Below, one piece after another: positions 10,649-22,289 of a stretch of DNA of 64,000 bases (its first letter is position 1; each line of letters opens with the position of its first letter). This DNA comes from Narcine bancroftii (taxonomy: Eukaryota), in NCBI RefSeq assembly GCF_036971445.1, contig NC_091473.1, forward strand, positions 250,294,001-250,358,000, in the 5' to 3' direction. Under the pieces are notes generated by a model that did no database searches, was not told the DNA's origin, and saw only the letters and a list, made by a program, of their open reading frames with translations. The position numbers and the translations under genes are program-made.

Positions 10649-11978
10649 CCCACTCCCTCCACTGACAGAGTGCCCGACGACGAGCGTAGGTGCACCCCGG
10701 CTGATTCAGCTGGACTCACGGACGGCGGGTGACTGGTCAGTGGATGAAGCGAGTGATATCCGAGAAGAGGCATTGAGAACAAACGACGGGAGGACGTTAA
10801 GGAAGCGCGCTAGGAATAGCTACTGGATCGCGGTAAGAGGAATTTTACTTACCTGTTAGTATGGGAGGTGTGAGTAGCAAGGGAAATAGTCCTAAGGAAG
10901 GACGGGACAATCAGATAACTAAGCAAAGTCCGTTAGGATTAATGCTATCTGATTGGGGTGCGAGGAAAGCCCATGGGAAAGACAAACAAACCATGGCCAG
11001 GTATTGCTGTCTGGAATGGGTTAAAAGTCCGATAAAAGGGAATTCGGTATATTGGCCAAAACTCGGATCCGAGGATGACTGGATGTGTCAGGCATTGAAC
11101 ATCTGGCTCTATCAAAACCAAAGAGATAATATTGAGAGCAGGGAATATGCTGCCTGCTGGCTCAGTGGATCGGTTGATCAACTGGTTTTGAATGCAAGGA
11201 CAAGAAGGATAGAAGGATGAGGAACCTTTTGTCCCTGAAACACAAGGATGGGATGTGTTACATTCCCTTCCTCCACCTTATGCTCCTCCTATGCCTGCTC
11301 CTATCTTTCCCCTCTCTCCTATGCTCTACCCTTCTGCACCTTCCCCTCCTCCTCCACAGCTAAAGAAAGGAGAAGAAAGTAGGGGTGGTATGATGACCCA
11401 TACACAAAGTACTAGATTACCACCTCAATTGACAAGAGAGGGAGGAGACTTTGATTCAAAACAGTGTGAGACCCTCCGGGAGGGAAGGGCAGAACCCTTT
11501 GATTCATTTCCTGGAGAGCAGGAATCTAGACATTATAAAGGAGAGGATAAGCCAGAAATTAACTGGATGAGACCTTTATGGGAAGTTCCCATGTGAGGGG
11601 GTCTCGGTTTTGTAAATGTGCCCCTGACTAGTATGGAGGAGCGTAATTTTAAGAGAGAATGCCCAACAAACAGAAAGGAAAGGCTAAGATTTTGATGCAG
11701 GTAGTCAAGGAAGTCCTGGAGGGACAGCAAGGAAAGGGTAGGGGCTGTGTGCCAGCTCCTGGACAATGGGAGGAGCTCTGGGAGTGGGAGAGTAGAGACC
11801 AGAGCAGGGGCAAGGGTAGAGGGGAATTCCGGGGACGACGACTGTTCCCGGGACCTTGTGGTAATCCCGGTAGGAATTGGGAAACAGGAGCATTAGTTTG
11901 CTACCATTGTAAAAGGAAGGACATTTTAAGAGAGAATGCCCAATGCGAGCCAGGGAGATGCGATCTTACGCACTGATG

Positions 11979-13468
11979 TGTTGGAATATAGGGGTTAATT
12001 AATCATAGAAAATATGTAGAATATATGCTTATGTACTATTCAGTTTGTATACATGAATCCAGTACTATGTAACAATTTAATATTTACCTCATGGTGAAGG
12101 GAAAGAGTAATGTAAGTGTTAGAAACAGAAGTACCTTCACAGAAATTGCTCAAGACAAAAATTGAGAACAAAGAACATTTATTATACAACAGTGCAAAGT
12201 TGGGTGCTTCCCTTTACCCTGGGAATACACACATACGCTGGGGCTCACCCAACTTTTATACAGTTTATTTTAGTATAGGAATACCCTCCCCCTTACATTC
12301 TTCTACCTCCTGGATAGGTTTGGCATTAGGCAATTCTGCCTGCCTACGTGCTGTTTCTGTGAACTTGGAGGACCAGGGGGTATCCTGTCGGTGCCCATCA
12401 TGTCATTATCCTCATTGTCCTTATTCACAAACCTGTCTTTGTTCTAATTTACACCTTCCCGACCCTCAGGGCTACAACCTCTTCATATGTAGAACTTGCT
12501 AATACTAAATTACATATGCAAAAACTGCTAATTCTATCTAGGTAGAAGACCCTTATCTTATTCAGACTAACTCTACTTCCTACACTCTATTATCTATTGT
12601 CTATCCTTATCTCATTCATACCGTAAACTTGCTGATTCTGTCTAAAGGCTAGAAGATTCTTATCTTACTCAGACTGATTCTGCTTCCTACATTCTAATAT
12701 CCATGTCTTATCCTGTTCATACTGGCTTTATTCATTTACCCATATATCTATATTAGTTTCCTCACCTTCATATTTTTATATCAGTTTTACTCACCTCTCA
12801 CATAAGTAAGCGGCAGCCACAGTATGTAGCAAAGTTGGCTGATTATAGTAGGTTTAGAATTGCCTGCTCCCAAAATACAAAAGAGAGGATATGTATGAAA
12901 CAATTTAGTAGGAAGGTTAAGGCAAAAGGAGGTGTTGATGAGCACAGGAGACGATGGCCAGACAAGAACAAAGAGAATCCTGACAGAGACTGTCAGAAAC
13001 AAAGAGAATGGAAACTAACTCAGTAAGAAGGCTAAGACAGAAGGAGGTGTTGAGTAGAACAGAAGAATATGGCCAGATGAGAACAAAGAAATATGAATTG
13101 ATTTCTGATCAAAACAACAGGATATTCTGGCCTTCAGAATTAAGATGGGAGCTCTACACCCCAGATATCTGCAGAGCAGGAAATTACTTGTGATAAATCT
13201 TATACAAGAAATCTAGCAAAGGAAGCCAACTTTTGTTCTGTATAAGGTTGAGCTATATAAACTGTAGAGACTGGACAGTAGAGGTCAGTCTTGGGGAATA
13301 GCTCACTGTGCAGGTGACCTATGAATTAACGACGGAACCAGAGCTCTGTTAAGCTTTATTCTTATGCTGTGTAATAAACTGATTCTCCTATCACTTCATT
13401 TAACGAACACGCTGGACTCAGGTGACACATAGACTAAATTAAGGGTAGGGTAAAGCCAGAGTCCGACA
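11979..13468 (+). mobile_element. Solo LTR of family A inside ERV-B gag (interrupted)
   Basis: TGTTGGAA...GTCCGACA, homologous to the ERV-A LTRs. Perfect TSD GATG (11975-11978 / 13469-13472). Confidence 0.96.
12117..12802 (-). mobile_element. Solo LTR of family B (longer U3 variant), antisense inside the family-A solo LTR
   Basis: Reverse complement of the ERV-B LTR (TGTTAGAAAC...CTCTCACA). Perfect TSD TAAG (12113-12116 / 12803-12806). 686 bp versus 553 bp because of a duplicated U3 block. Confidence 0.96.
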
Positions 13469-13490
13469 GATGGAAGCAGATTATGAATAG

Positions 13491-16075
13491 GGGGGGTCAT
13501 GGTTCTCAGTCAATACACACCGTGGGGCTGCACAGAGAACCATTGGCAAATTTAAGCATAGAACCCTAACAGTGACAAAATGACCTTTTTAGTGGATTCT
13601 GGGACAGCCCGGTCTAGTATTTTACAACCACCCGAGGGTGTTAAGATAAAGGGGACAGTGATGATTTCGGGAGTAGGAGGAAGAGATTTTACGGTCCCTG
13701 TATTAAGGGATGTAAGAATACAAATAGGAGAAAAGATAATAACAGAGGTTATTTTACTAGTTCCCCAAGCTGGAGTTTGTTTGTTAGGACGAGATTTACA
13801 GGACCAATGGGCTATCGGCACCAGACCACAGGAATCGGGTATCGGGGTTCAATTGTATGTATTAAGCGAGGAAGATCGAGAACTAATAAATCCTGGAGTA
13901 TGGGCAGAAAGAAGCAATAGAGGAGTGTTAGATATTCCTTCCCTGCAAGTTACTTTAAAAGATCCTGAGCAAGTAATTAGACGAAAGCAGTATCCAATTC
14001 TGATGGCTGGCCGAAAGGGGCTGCAGCCAGTAATTGACCAGTTGGTGAAAGATGGTATACTCGAACCTTGTATGTCACCTTTTAATACCCCAATTTTACC
14101 TGTCCAAAAACCAGACAGTACCTATCGATTAGTGCAGGACTTGAGGGAGCTGAACAAAATTAGGTTGTACCTAATCCCTATACAATAATGGGTAAAATCG
14201 ATCCCCATAGTAAATGGTTTAGTGTGATTGACCTCAAAGATGCTTTCTGGACCTGTCCGTTAGCAACAGAGAGCAGAGACATGTTTGCCTTTGAATGGGA
14301 AAATCCTTTTACTGGATGCAAGAATCAATACCGGTGGACAGTCCTTCCCCAGGGCTTTACAGAATCACCAAATTTATTTGGCCAGGTCTTAGAACAAATA
14401 CTAGATGAGGCTCCTCGGAGAGAGAATTGCCAGTTGATACAATATGTTGATGATTTGTTAATTATGGGAAAAACGTACGAATTAGTTAAACAGTATACTG
14501 TTGAACTTTTGAATTTTCTGGAGAATAAGGGTCTCAGGGTGAACGAATCCAAATTACAATTTGTTCAATCAGAAGTTAAATACTTAGGTCATCTGGTAAG
14601 TCAGGGAACTAGGAAAATAAGTCCAGAGAAAATACGTGGTATTCTACAGATCCCCTCTCCCAAGAATGTCCAAGAACTTAGGAAATTCCTTGGTTTAATG
14701 GGATACTGTAGAATCTGGATTGAAAATTATTCTAGCCTGGTCAGATTTCTCTATGATAAACTCACGATTCTAGGGGGCGAAGCTGTTGTCTGGACAGAGG
14801 AAGAGATTAAAGATTTTAACTTGGTGAAACAGCGCCTTATTAGTGCCCCAGTGTTGGCTTTACCCGACCTAAATAAGCCATTTGACCTATATAGCAATGC
14901 GAAAGGAGGTGTAGCCACCAGAGTACTAACACAAGAGAGGGCAGGCTGTAGACAGCCAGTTGCTTTTCTGTCAAAGTTTTAGTCCCTGTTTGTCGTGGTT
15001 GGCCAGAATGTGTGCAAGTCATCGCAGCCACTGCTATTTTAGTTGAGGAAGGACGAAAGATTACGTTTGGTGCCCCAATGATAGTTCACACCCCTCACAC
15101 AGTCCGCAATATTCTCTTACAACGTGCTGGAAGGTGGCTCACAGACTCTAGAATTTTAAAATATGAAGCGATCCTAATGGATAGGGATGATTTGACCCTG
15201 ATTAAGAATAAAGAACACAATCCAGCAGCTTTCTTGGTTTCTCCAAATTCTGACAATCCCATAAATGAGTTAGAGCATGTATGTTTAGAGGTAATAGACT
15301 TACTGACCAAAATTAGAGAGGATTTAAGTGATGAGCCTTTACAGGAGAGTGAAAGGTGGTTTATTGATGGATCTTCCCGTTGCACTGATGCCACTCGCTA
15401 TAGCGGGTATAGTGTAGTGGATGGGAAAGAAGGAGTGGTGATTGAAGCTGGTCGCCTCCCCGGTCATTGGTCAGTACAATCTTGTGAATTGTATGCCCTC
15501 TGTAGAGCTCTCCAGGGTCTAGAGAACAAGGTGGGCACTATCTACACGGACTCAAAATACGCTTTTGGTGTAGTGCACACCTTTGGGAAGATCTGGAAAG
15601 AAAGGGGAATGATAACTGGAAAAGGACAAAAGTTGATCCATGAAAACTTAATTGTCCAATCTCTAGATGCTCTTACATTACCTGAGGAAATAGCTGTAGT
15701 TCATGTACGAAGCCATCAAAGTGGTGACAGTCCTGAAGCTGCAGATGGTGCTGCCAAACAGGCTGCGCTCAAGGAGAAAATAGACATGCAGCTGTTACTG
15801 CCCACCCCTGGAGTATCCTATTCATTCTATTAAACCTGGTGATTGGGTATATGTAAAAGCATGGCAAGATCACCTGTCTGGGATGGCCCCTATTGTGTAC
15901 TTTTGATTACAGACACTGCCGTGCGAATGAAAGAAAAAGGATGGAGCCACATCTAACAAATTAAACAAGCTACTGATCCACAGACTAACGACATTGATAA
16001 TCTACCCTCCACCTGGCGTGCAGTCCTTCATCCTTCAGATCTGAAAGTTACACTACGCCGGGAAAAAGTGCTGTA
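13491..16075 (+). pseudogene. pol: ERV-B pro-pol (PR, RT, tether, RNase H; integrase core deleted)
   Basis: FLVDSG protease; YRLVQDLRE, DLKDAFW, LPQGFTESP and QYVDD in RT; WFIDGSS and IYTDSKY in RNase H. At ~15810 it jumps to the integrase C-terminus (PGDWVYVK, WDGPY). Frameshifts at ~14160 and ~14980. Confidence 0.95.
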
Positions 16076-17128
16076 ATGTTGTTTTTACCATTTACTGTAT
16101 TGTTTACTTGTTGGTTCCCAATTTTTGGGACATCACTAAATTACTCACAATGTATTAAGTCCTCCTGGAATAGGGGCAGCAGAAGTGACAATTATTTACC
16201 TTTAGAATGTAGACAGGGCATAGATATAGAGTATAATCACAGTGAGGTATGGGTTAATATAGGATCCCAACATGGATCAGGGGAACAGAACGGCTCTAGA
16301 GGAGTAGATTTGATTTGTATTTTGGCCTCTACAGGTATTAAAAAGAGGAGTTTTAAAGGGATAGCACAAAGAAGATGGTGGGACAATGACAGACAGAATG
16401 TTAATCAGGATTGTACATGTAGCAGAGATAGAGTGAATACATATGCTAATGTTCACAGACAAGCTGACAAGAAACACCCCTCCCCAACTTGGTCTCCTGT
16501 AAATCATCCTTTGGGTCACACAGACGTTCGGAATGTTGAACCACCACTGTAAGGGGAGTTCCAGTTGTAAACGACGTAAGCTGCTCCAGAACACCACAGC
16601 TGCTTGGCATTTAAATCGTTTAATCAGACTCCAGCCTTGGAGATCATCACCGAACAGACAGTGATAGCCCTGAATTTATGGGCTAAAGAAAGACGACAGA
16701 TACGAGCCACAGTTCAACAAAACCGCCTGGCTCTCGATTACTCGTTGGCTGCTGAAGGCAGCGTTTGTGAAAGACTGGTTAATGACGATGCTCACAACGG
16801 TCAGGCGGTTAAAGACACTTCTTCAGGAGTTCGAAAATATTCCCATGCCCAGGTTCAGACTTGGCAACCTTGGTCCGGTGTGGGATGGACTAGACTTTTT
16901 CTTGGTAACTGGAGTCTGATACCCACAGCCCTTATAGCAGCTGGACTCACTATTCTGGCTTTTATGGTGCTCCCCTGCCTAAAGACTTGTGTGCAGCATT
17001 TAATTCAACGGACCCCTCGTCAGATCACTATAACCCAAAGGATGTATGTTTCCCTAATTCTGTCTGATGATGCTGAGACTGCAGTTCGTTTACTGACCAG
17101 CTGGGAAAAAGACCAAGTTTCCAAGTAA
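16076..17128 (+). pseudogene. env: ERV-B env remnant (gamma-type TM)
   Basis: Hydrophobic leader MLFLPFTVLFTCW, ISD QNRLALDYSLAAEGSVC and membrane anchor LIAAGLTILAFMVLPCL. Much of SU and the CX6CC motif are missing. Confidence 0.9.
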
Positions 17129-17178
17129 TACATTCCAGTTGAGAAGTCACGAAGCGTAGCTAAAAGAAAAGTGAGGAT

Positions 17179-17731
17179 TGTGAGAGATGAGTAAAACTAA
17201 TATGAAAAAATGAAAGATGAGGAAACTAGTATAGATATATGTGTAATGAATAAAGCCAGAATGAATAGGATAAGAATAGATATTAGAATGTAGGAAGTAG
17301 AGTTAGTCTGAATAAGATAAGGGTCTTCTAGCCTTTTAGACAGAATCAGCAAGTTCTGCATATGAAGAGGTTGTAGCCCTGAGAGTTGGGAAGGTGTGAA
17401 TTAGAACGAAGGCAGGTTTGTGAATAAGGACAATGAGGATAATGACATGATGGGCACCGACAGGATACCCCCTGGTCCTCCAAGTTCACAGAAACAGCAC
17501 GTAGGCAGACAGGATTGCCTAATGCCAAACTTATCCAGGAGGCAGAAGAATGTAAGGGGGAGGGTACTTCGAGACTGAAATAAACTGTATAAAAGTTGGG
17601 TGAGCCCCAGCGTATGTGTGTATTCCCAGGGTAAGGGGAAGCACCCAACTTTGCATTGTTGTCTAATAAATGTTCTTTGTTCTCAATTTTTGTCTCGAGC
17701 AATTTCTGTGAAGGTACTTCTGTTTCTAACA
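17179..17731 (+). repeat. ERV-B 3' LTR
   Basis: TGTGAGAGAT...TTCTAACA directly after the PPT. Confidence 0.95.
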
Positions 17732-19066
17732 AGGTGGACTTCTAGAGGTTTATAAAATCACCGGGGACAAGGATAAGGTGGATTTTTCAGATGTAGGGGA
17801 GGCTAAAACCAGAAAAAAACAATTTAATGTGAGAGAGGAAAGGTATAATGGTGACCTGAGGGGTACAATGTCACAGAGGGCAGGGGGAGGGGGCATAGAA
17901 CCAGCGGTCAGAGGAAGGAGCTGGGTACAATTACAATGTTCAAAATACATTGGAACAGGTTCATAGACAAGAAAAGATATGGTTCAAATTCAGGCAAATA
18001 GGAGCAGCTCAGGAAGGCACTTTATTTATGCTGATAACTCATGTCTCCCCAGGGTCCTCTCATCTATTGTGCACTCCTTGCCTTTTAAATCCTTCCAAAG
18101 TGTATCACCTCACTCTTAACTAGATTCAATTCCATCTCCCACGTCTGCCTTTATTACTAACCTGTAGTTAGTAACCAGATTATCCTCCTATCAACAACAC
18201 AACCAATCTTCCTGTCACCTGCGGAGCTCCTAATCATACCTCCCTCAATTGTTTCTGTATCTAATAAACCTCTGTGCTGAACTGCTTGTCACGCCAGCCT
18301 GAAGTGAATCTTCAAAACCCTGTCCCACTCAGTTTCCTCAGCAAAACTTGGAGGTCTAACCATCAATAAGTTCACAACCTCACAGACACTCAAAAGTTTG
18401 GAGGCATAAGTATTAGACATATGGGACAAAAATAGGCAGAGCGTGATACAAAGCAAGGGACACAATGTGGACATCCACAGGTTGACAGTGCCAAACAATA
18501 AGGAAGAAAACTGTTAAATATATTCATATATTGCCTTTCATAATCTCGGGACACCACGTAGCTATCAGACTTTGACACCAAGCCACAAAGATAAGCAACA
18601 ACTTGGAGAATGAGATAGGTTTAAAGGAGTGCCACGAAGAAGGAATGCAAGTTTAGAGGAATTCTCTTGTAGCTCTGTGCCAAACTTGTGTTTGCTTTAC
18701 GACAATTTAACAATCTGAGATTGCGAAAGGTCTTCATGCTCTGACACTTGGTGGCATGCTAACTGGAAGTCAGCTTGCACTGACCTCCTTTCCCTCCACC
18801 TCCAAAATTCATTCTGCTGGTCACAATAAAAAGGAGAAGGGACTGTCGATATATAACACTGTCAGCACGAACAACTTCAAGGCAACAGTACATTAGAGAC
18901 ACAATGAGTAGCCCTCCTGGGACCTAGGTGCGATTACTGGGGTAAAGGTGCTGGAAGCCCCTTTTAAATTGCAGGGAATCTATCCATTAAATCACCAACC
19001 TGGCAATTTCAAGGGGATCCTGCCCCCCAACAATGAAGCACCACGCACTCACCAGAAGAACTGCTG

Positions 19067-19606
19067 GATGTTCAGATGCTGGCTGCCCGGTGATGTTCAG
19101 ATGCTGGCTGCCCGGTGATGTTCAGATGCTGGCTGCCCGATGATGTTCAGATGCTGGCTGCCCGGTGATGTTCAGATGCTGGCTGCCCGATGATGTTCAG
19201 ATGCTGGCTGCCCGGTGATGTTCAGATGCTGGCTGCCCGGTGATGTTCAGATGCTGGCTGCCCGGTGATGTTCAGATGCTGGCTGCCCGGTGATGTTCAG
19301 ATGCTGGCTGCCTGGTGATGTTCAGATGCTGGCTGCCCGGTGATGTTCAGATGCTGGCTGCCCGGTGATGTTCAGATGCTGGCTGCCCGGTGATGTTCAG
19401 ATGCTGGCTGCCCGGTGATGTTCAGATGCTGGCTGCCCGGTGATGTTCAGATGCTGGCTGCCCGGTGATGTTCAGATGCTGGTTGCCCGGTGATGTTCAG
19501 ATGCTGGCTGCCCGGTGATGTTCAGATGCTGGCTGCCCAGTGATGTTCAGATGCTGGCTGCCTGGTGATGTTCAGATGCTGGCTGCCTGATGATGTTCAG
19601 ATGCTG
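19067..19606. repeat. 25-bp minisatellite (GATGTTCAGATGCTGGCTGCCCGGT), about 21-22 copies
   Basis: Head-to-tail units; variants are mostly CpG transitions (CCGG to CCGA, CTGG or CCAG). Confidence 0.97.
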
Positions 19607-20774
19607 ATGTCACTGGAATAAGTGGGTTGACCATTTTTGTTTTCAAATCACCTGTGGACTCAACTTAGGTAAGTTTCACTGTGTTCCCTGACTACCACTG
19701 AGGTAGGTCAGGGACCCGATTGGATTCTGACAGGGGTCAGACAAATAGCACGGTTAACCCCATTTTACACAGCAGTTTGAAAGGGCCTAGTGAAAGACTA
19801 GTTTGTAATCAGATTACTCTTGTAATGCAGCAGTCAATTTCTGCACAGCTAGATCCCACAAATGGAAATATAACAATGAGATACAAAAACAGGAATGCTG
19901 GGAGAACTCAGTCAGTAATGCAGCATCTGTGCAAGGAAAAAACAGTTAATGTTTCAGGTCAGGGAGCCTTCTACAGAACTGGTGAGAGTTCTTTCACTTG
20001 AAACATTAACAACATTTCTGTTTTGGTTTCAGATTCCAGCGTCTACAGTTTTACTTGTCATCTATATCATCTAGACCAGTGGTTTTCAAACTGCCCCCCT
20101 AAATTCACATTCCACCTTAAGCAATCCCTATGCTCGAAGTGAAAACATAAAATGCCGGAGCTCAGCAGGACAAACAATGTCCTTTATGTAGCAGCGGCAA
20201 AGATTCATAACCAACGTTTTGGTGAGAGGCAGCAGAATCGGGGGAGTTGATATGCGAGTGAGACAGAATGCGTTACAGGGAGACTTGAGACGGATGGCTC
20301 TGAGAGCCTTCAGGGACTTGAAGGGTGAATGGCCTCATACTATGTTGTAATCCTGTCTGAAAACATGAAATATGATTTTACGATACAATAAAAGGGCATA
20401 CAGAATATCTCAAGAAATAAACAATCTACTGGTGGAACTCAGCATCAGTGGGAGAAAAAAAATGGTCAACATTAGGATCCCGAACCCTTCATCAAGACTA
20501 TGAACCCTCACATGCCCTCCTCCACCTCTGATTCCCTGGCCTCCACTATCTCACATTCAATCTTGATGATGGTCTCTGTAACACTGTAACATCGTCCAAT
20601 CTTTTCCCTCCACAGATTCTGTCTCTCTCTCTCTAGATTCCAATCTCTTGCTTCTCTAGAGTATCCCCAACCTTTGTGTTGTTTGTTGCTACATCCATCT
20701 GGTTTCTGTAGTTTATTAGGAAAAAAACTGTGCTGTTTTCAAAACAACATCGACTGCCTTCAATCTACACACAA

Positions 20775-22025
20775 GGCATTTGGAAGAAGATTCACGTAGA
20801 AAGGAAAAAAACAAATTACCAACTACCAAAATTATTATTGATGCAAAATCAACTAATCCCTTTCCTTTAGAGAATGGGAGAGAAAAGGGATCAAAAGAAT
20901 AGAAAATTGTTTTTTGGAAAATAATTTATTATCTTTAGAACAAATGAAGGACAAATATGGTATAACTCATGGTACAATGTTTGCATACCACCAACTGAAA
21001 ACCTACTTGAAGGACAAATTGGGAGGCTGAGGTTACCAGAAGGAAGCAGCTTTGAATATGTGATTACAAACACAATGATAATTAAAAGATTTATAACAAA
21101 CATGTACATCAAACTGCAAGCGAAAGAGAACGAGGAAACAAGCTGTAAACCCAAACAAAAGTGGGAAAATGATCTAAACATCAAGATAAAAAATAAAAAA
21201 TGGGAAAAGCTATGCTCTGGAACTATGAGAAATACAATAAACACGAGGTTACTCATGATACAATATAATTGGTTACACAGGCTATATATCACGTCCCAAA
21301 AGTTAAATAAATGGGACCCAACAGTATCAGATAGATGTTTTCGTTGTAAGAAGGAAACAGGAACAACAGTACACGCAATTTGGGAATGTGAGAAAGTGGA
21401 AAAGTTTAGGGAAGAACTAAATCAGATATTAAATAAAATCACAAAAAGCAACATACCAAAAAATCCAGAGATCTTTCTTCTAAGTAATATAAGAAGTAAA
21501 GAACTAGGCCTCAATTTGGATGAAGCACAAAAAAGATTTATTATGATAGCCTTAGCTGTAGCAAAAAAATGTATAATGTCAACCTGGAAATCAGAAGAGA
21601 ACCTGAGAATACAGCAATGGTATATAGAAATGAATAAATGTATTCCATTGGAAAAAATAGCATATAATTTAAGAAATAATGTCACAGTATTGGAACAAAT
21701 TTGGGAACTGTACATGGAACACAACAGAGAGGGTCTACCGCGGACCTCCACCCCCTAAAATGACAGAATGAGAAGAAGACGAAATGAACTGACCCAGTGC
21801 GTAAAAGTAGATGATACAATTTTCTTGTTTATTTTCATTGTGTGATGACATTGTTTAATGGGTTTATTGTATTCTATATGTTGAATGTTTAGTGGGTAGG
21901 GAGGGGGGTGGGAAGGAGGGAGGGAAGGGAGGGGGGAAAATGACACTGTGTATATTCAAGAGGGAAATGTTTGTGTGTATTTTGGTTAATACAGTTCATA
22001 GTGTGAAAAATTTAAAAAAATTAAA
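20775..22025 (+). mobile_element. 5'-truncated L1-clade LINE (ORF2 C-terminus, G-rich 3' UTR, A-rich tail)
   Basis: 232-aa ORF with zinc-knuckle HRLY...CFRC....GT.VHAIWEC. 13-bp TSD AATCTACACACAA (20762-20774 / 22026-22038). Confidence 0.9.
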
Positions 22026-22289
22026 AATCTACACACAACGCACATTGTCAACACATACAGTGTCAGTGCGAAGAACATCAAAGTAATGGCTAAATGTTGA
22101 GCAGAATACTCTCTGATCTAAGGGAGCTGATTGACATTGTGGACAAACATGGTTGAAATACAAACTTGCTAAGTCTCTCAACACGAAGCTCAGCTGTTTT
22201 ATAAACAATAGTCCTTGATCTCAAATCACATGAAGCAAGAGAAAAAGTACAGCTGTTCTCTTCTGAACAAGGCCAGACAGCAGATTAGA

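Larger units (their letters stand above)
10861..13490 (+). pseudogene. gag: ERV-B gag (MA, proline-rich region, capsid mostly deleted, NC), split by a solo LTR at 11979-13468
   Basis: Myristoylation-type MGGVSS; WPKLGSEDDW.CQALN matrix motif; PPPY and PSAP; frameshifted CYHC..GHFKREC knuckle. Gag ends ...MEADYE-TAG (13488-13490) followed by a G run, a readthrough-type junction. Confidence 0.9.
10048..17731 (+). mobile_element. ERV-B: HERV-I-like class I provirus with internal deletions, inserted in a CR1 fragment
   Basis: Paired LTRs TGTGAGAG...TTCTAACA and perfect TSD AGGT (10044-10047 / 17732-17735). Has PBS, gag-pro-pol-env and PPT AAAAGAAAAGTGAGGA (17162-17177). The rejoined flanks read as a CR1 3' segment (~9950-10047 plus 17736-18020). 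Confidence 0.96.

Noticed and set aside
3285-17128. ERV-A (keeps integrase) and ERV-B (keeps PR and RT) as a complementing pair
   Set aside because: Both lack capsid, both have frameshifts and stops, and they differ in lineage, primer and LTR ends.
19067-19606. CRISPR array or coding repeat
   Set aside because: No spacers, and the unit contains TGA on both strands, which cycles through all frames.
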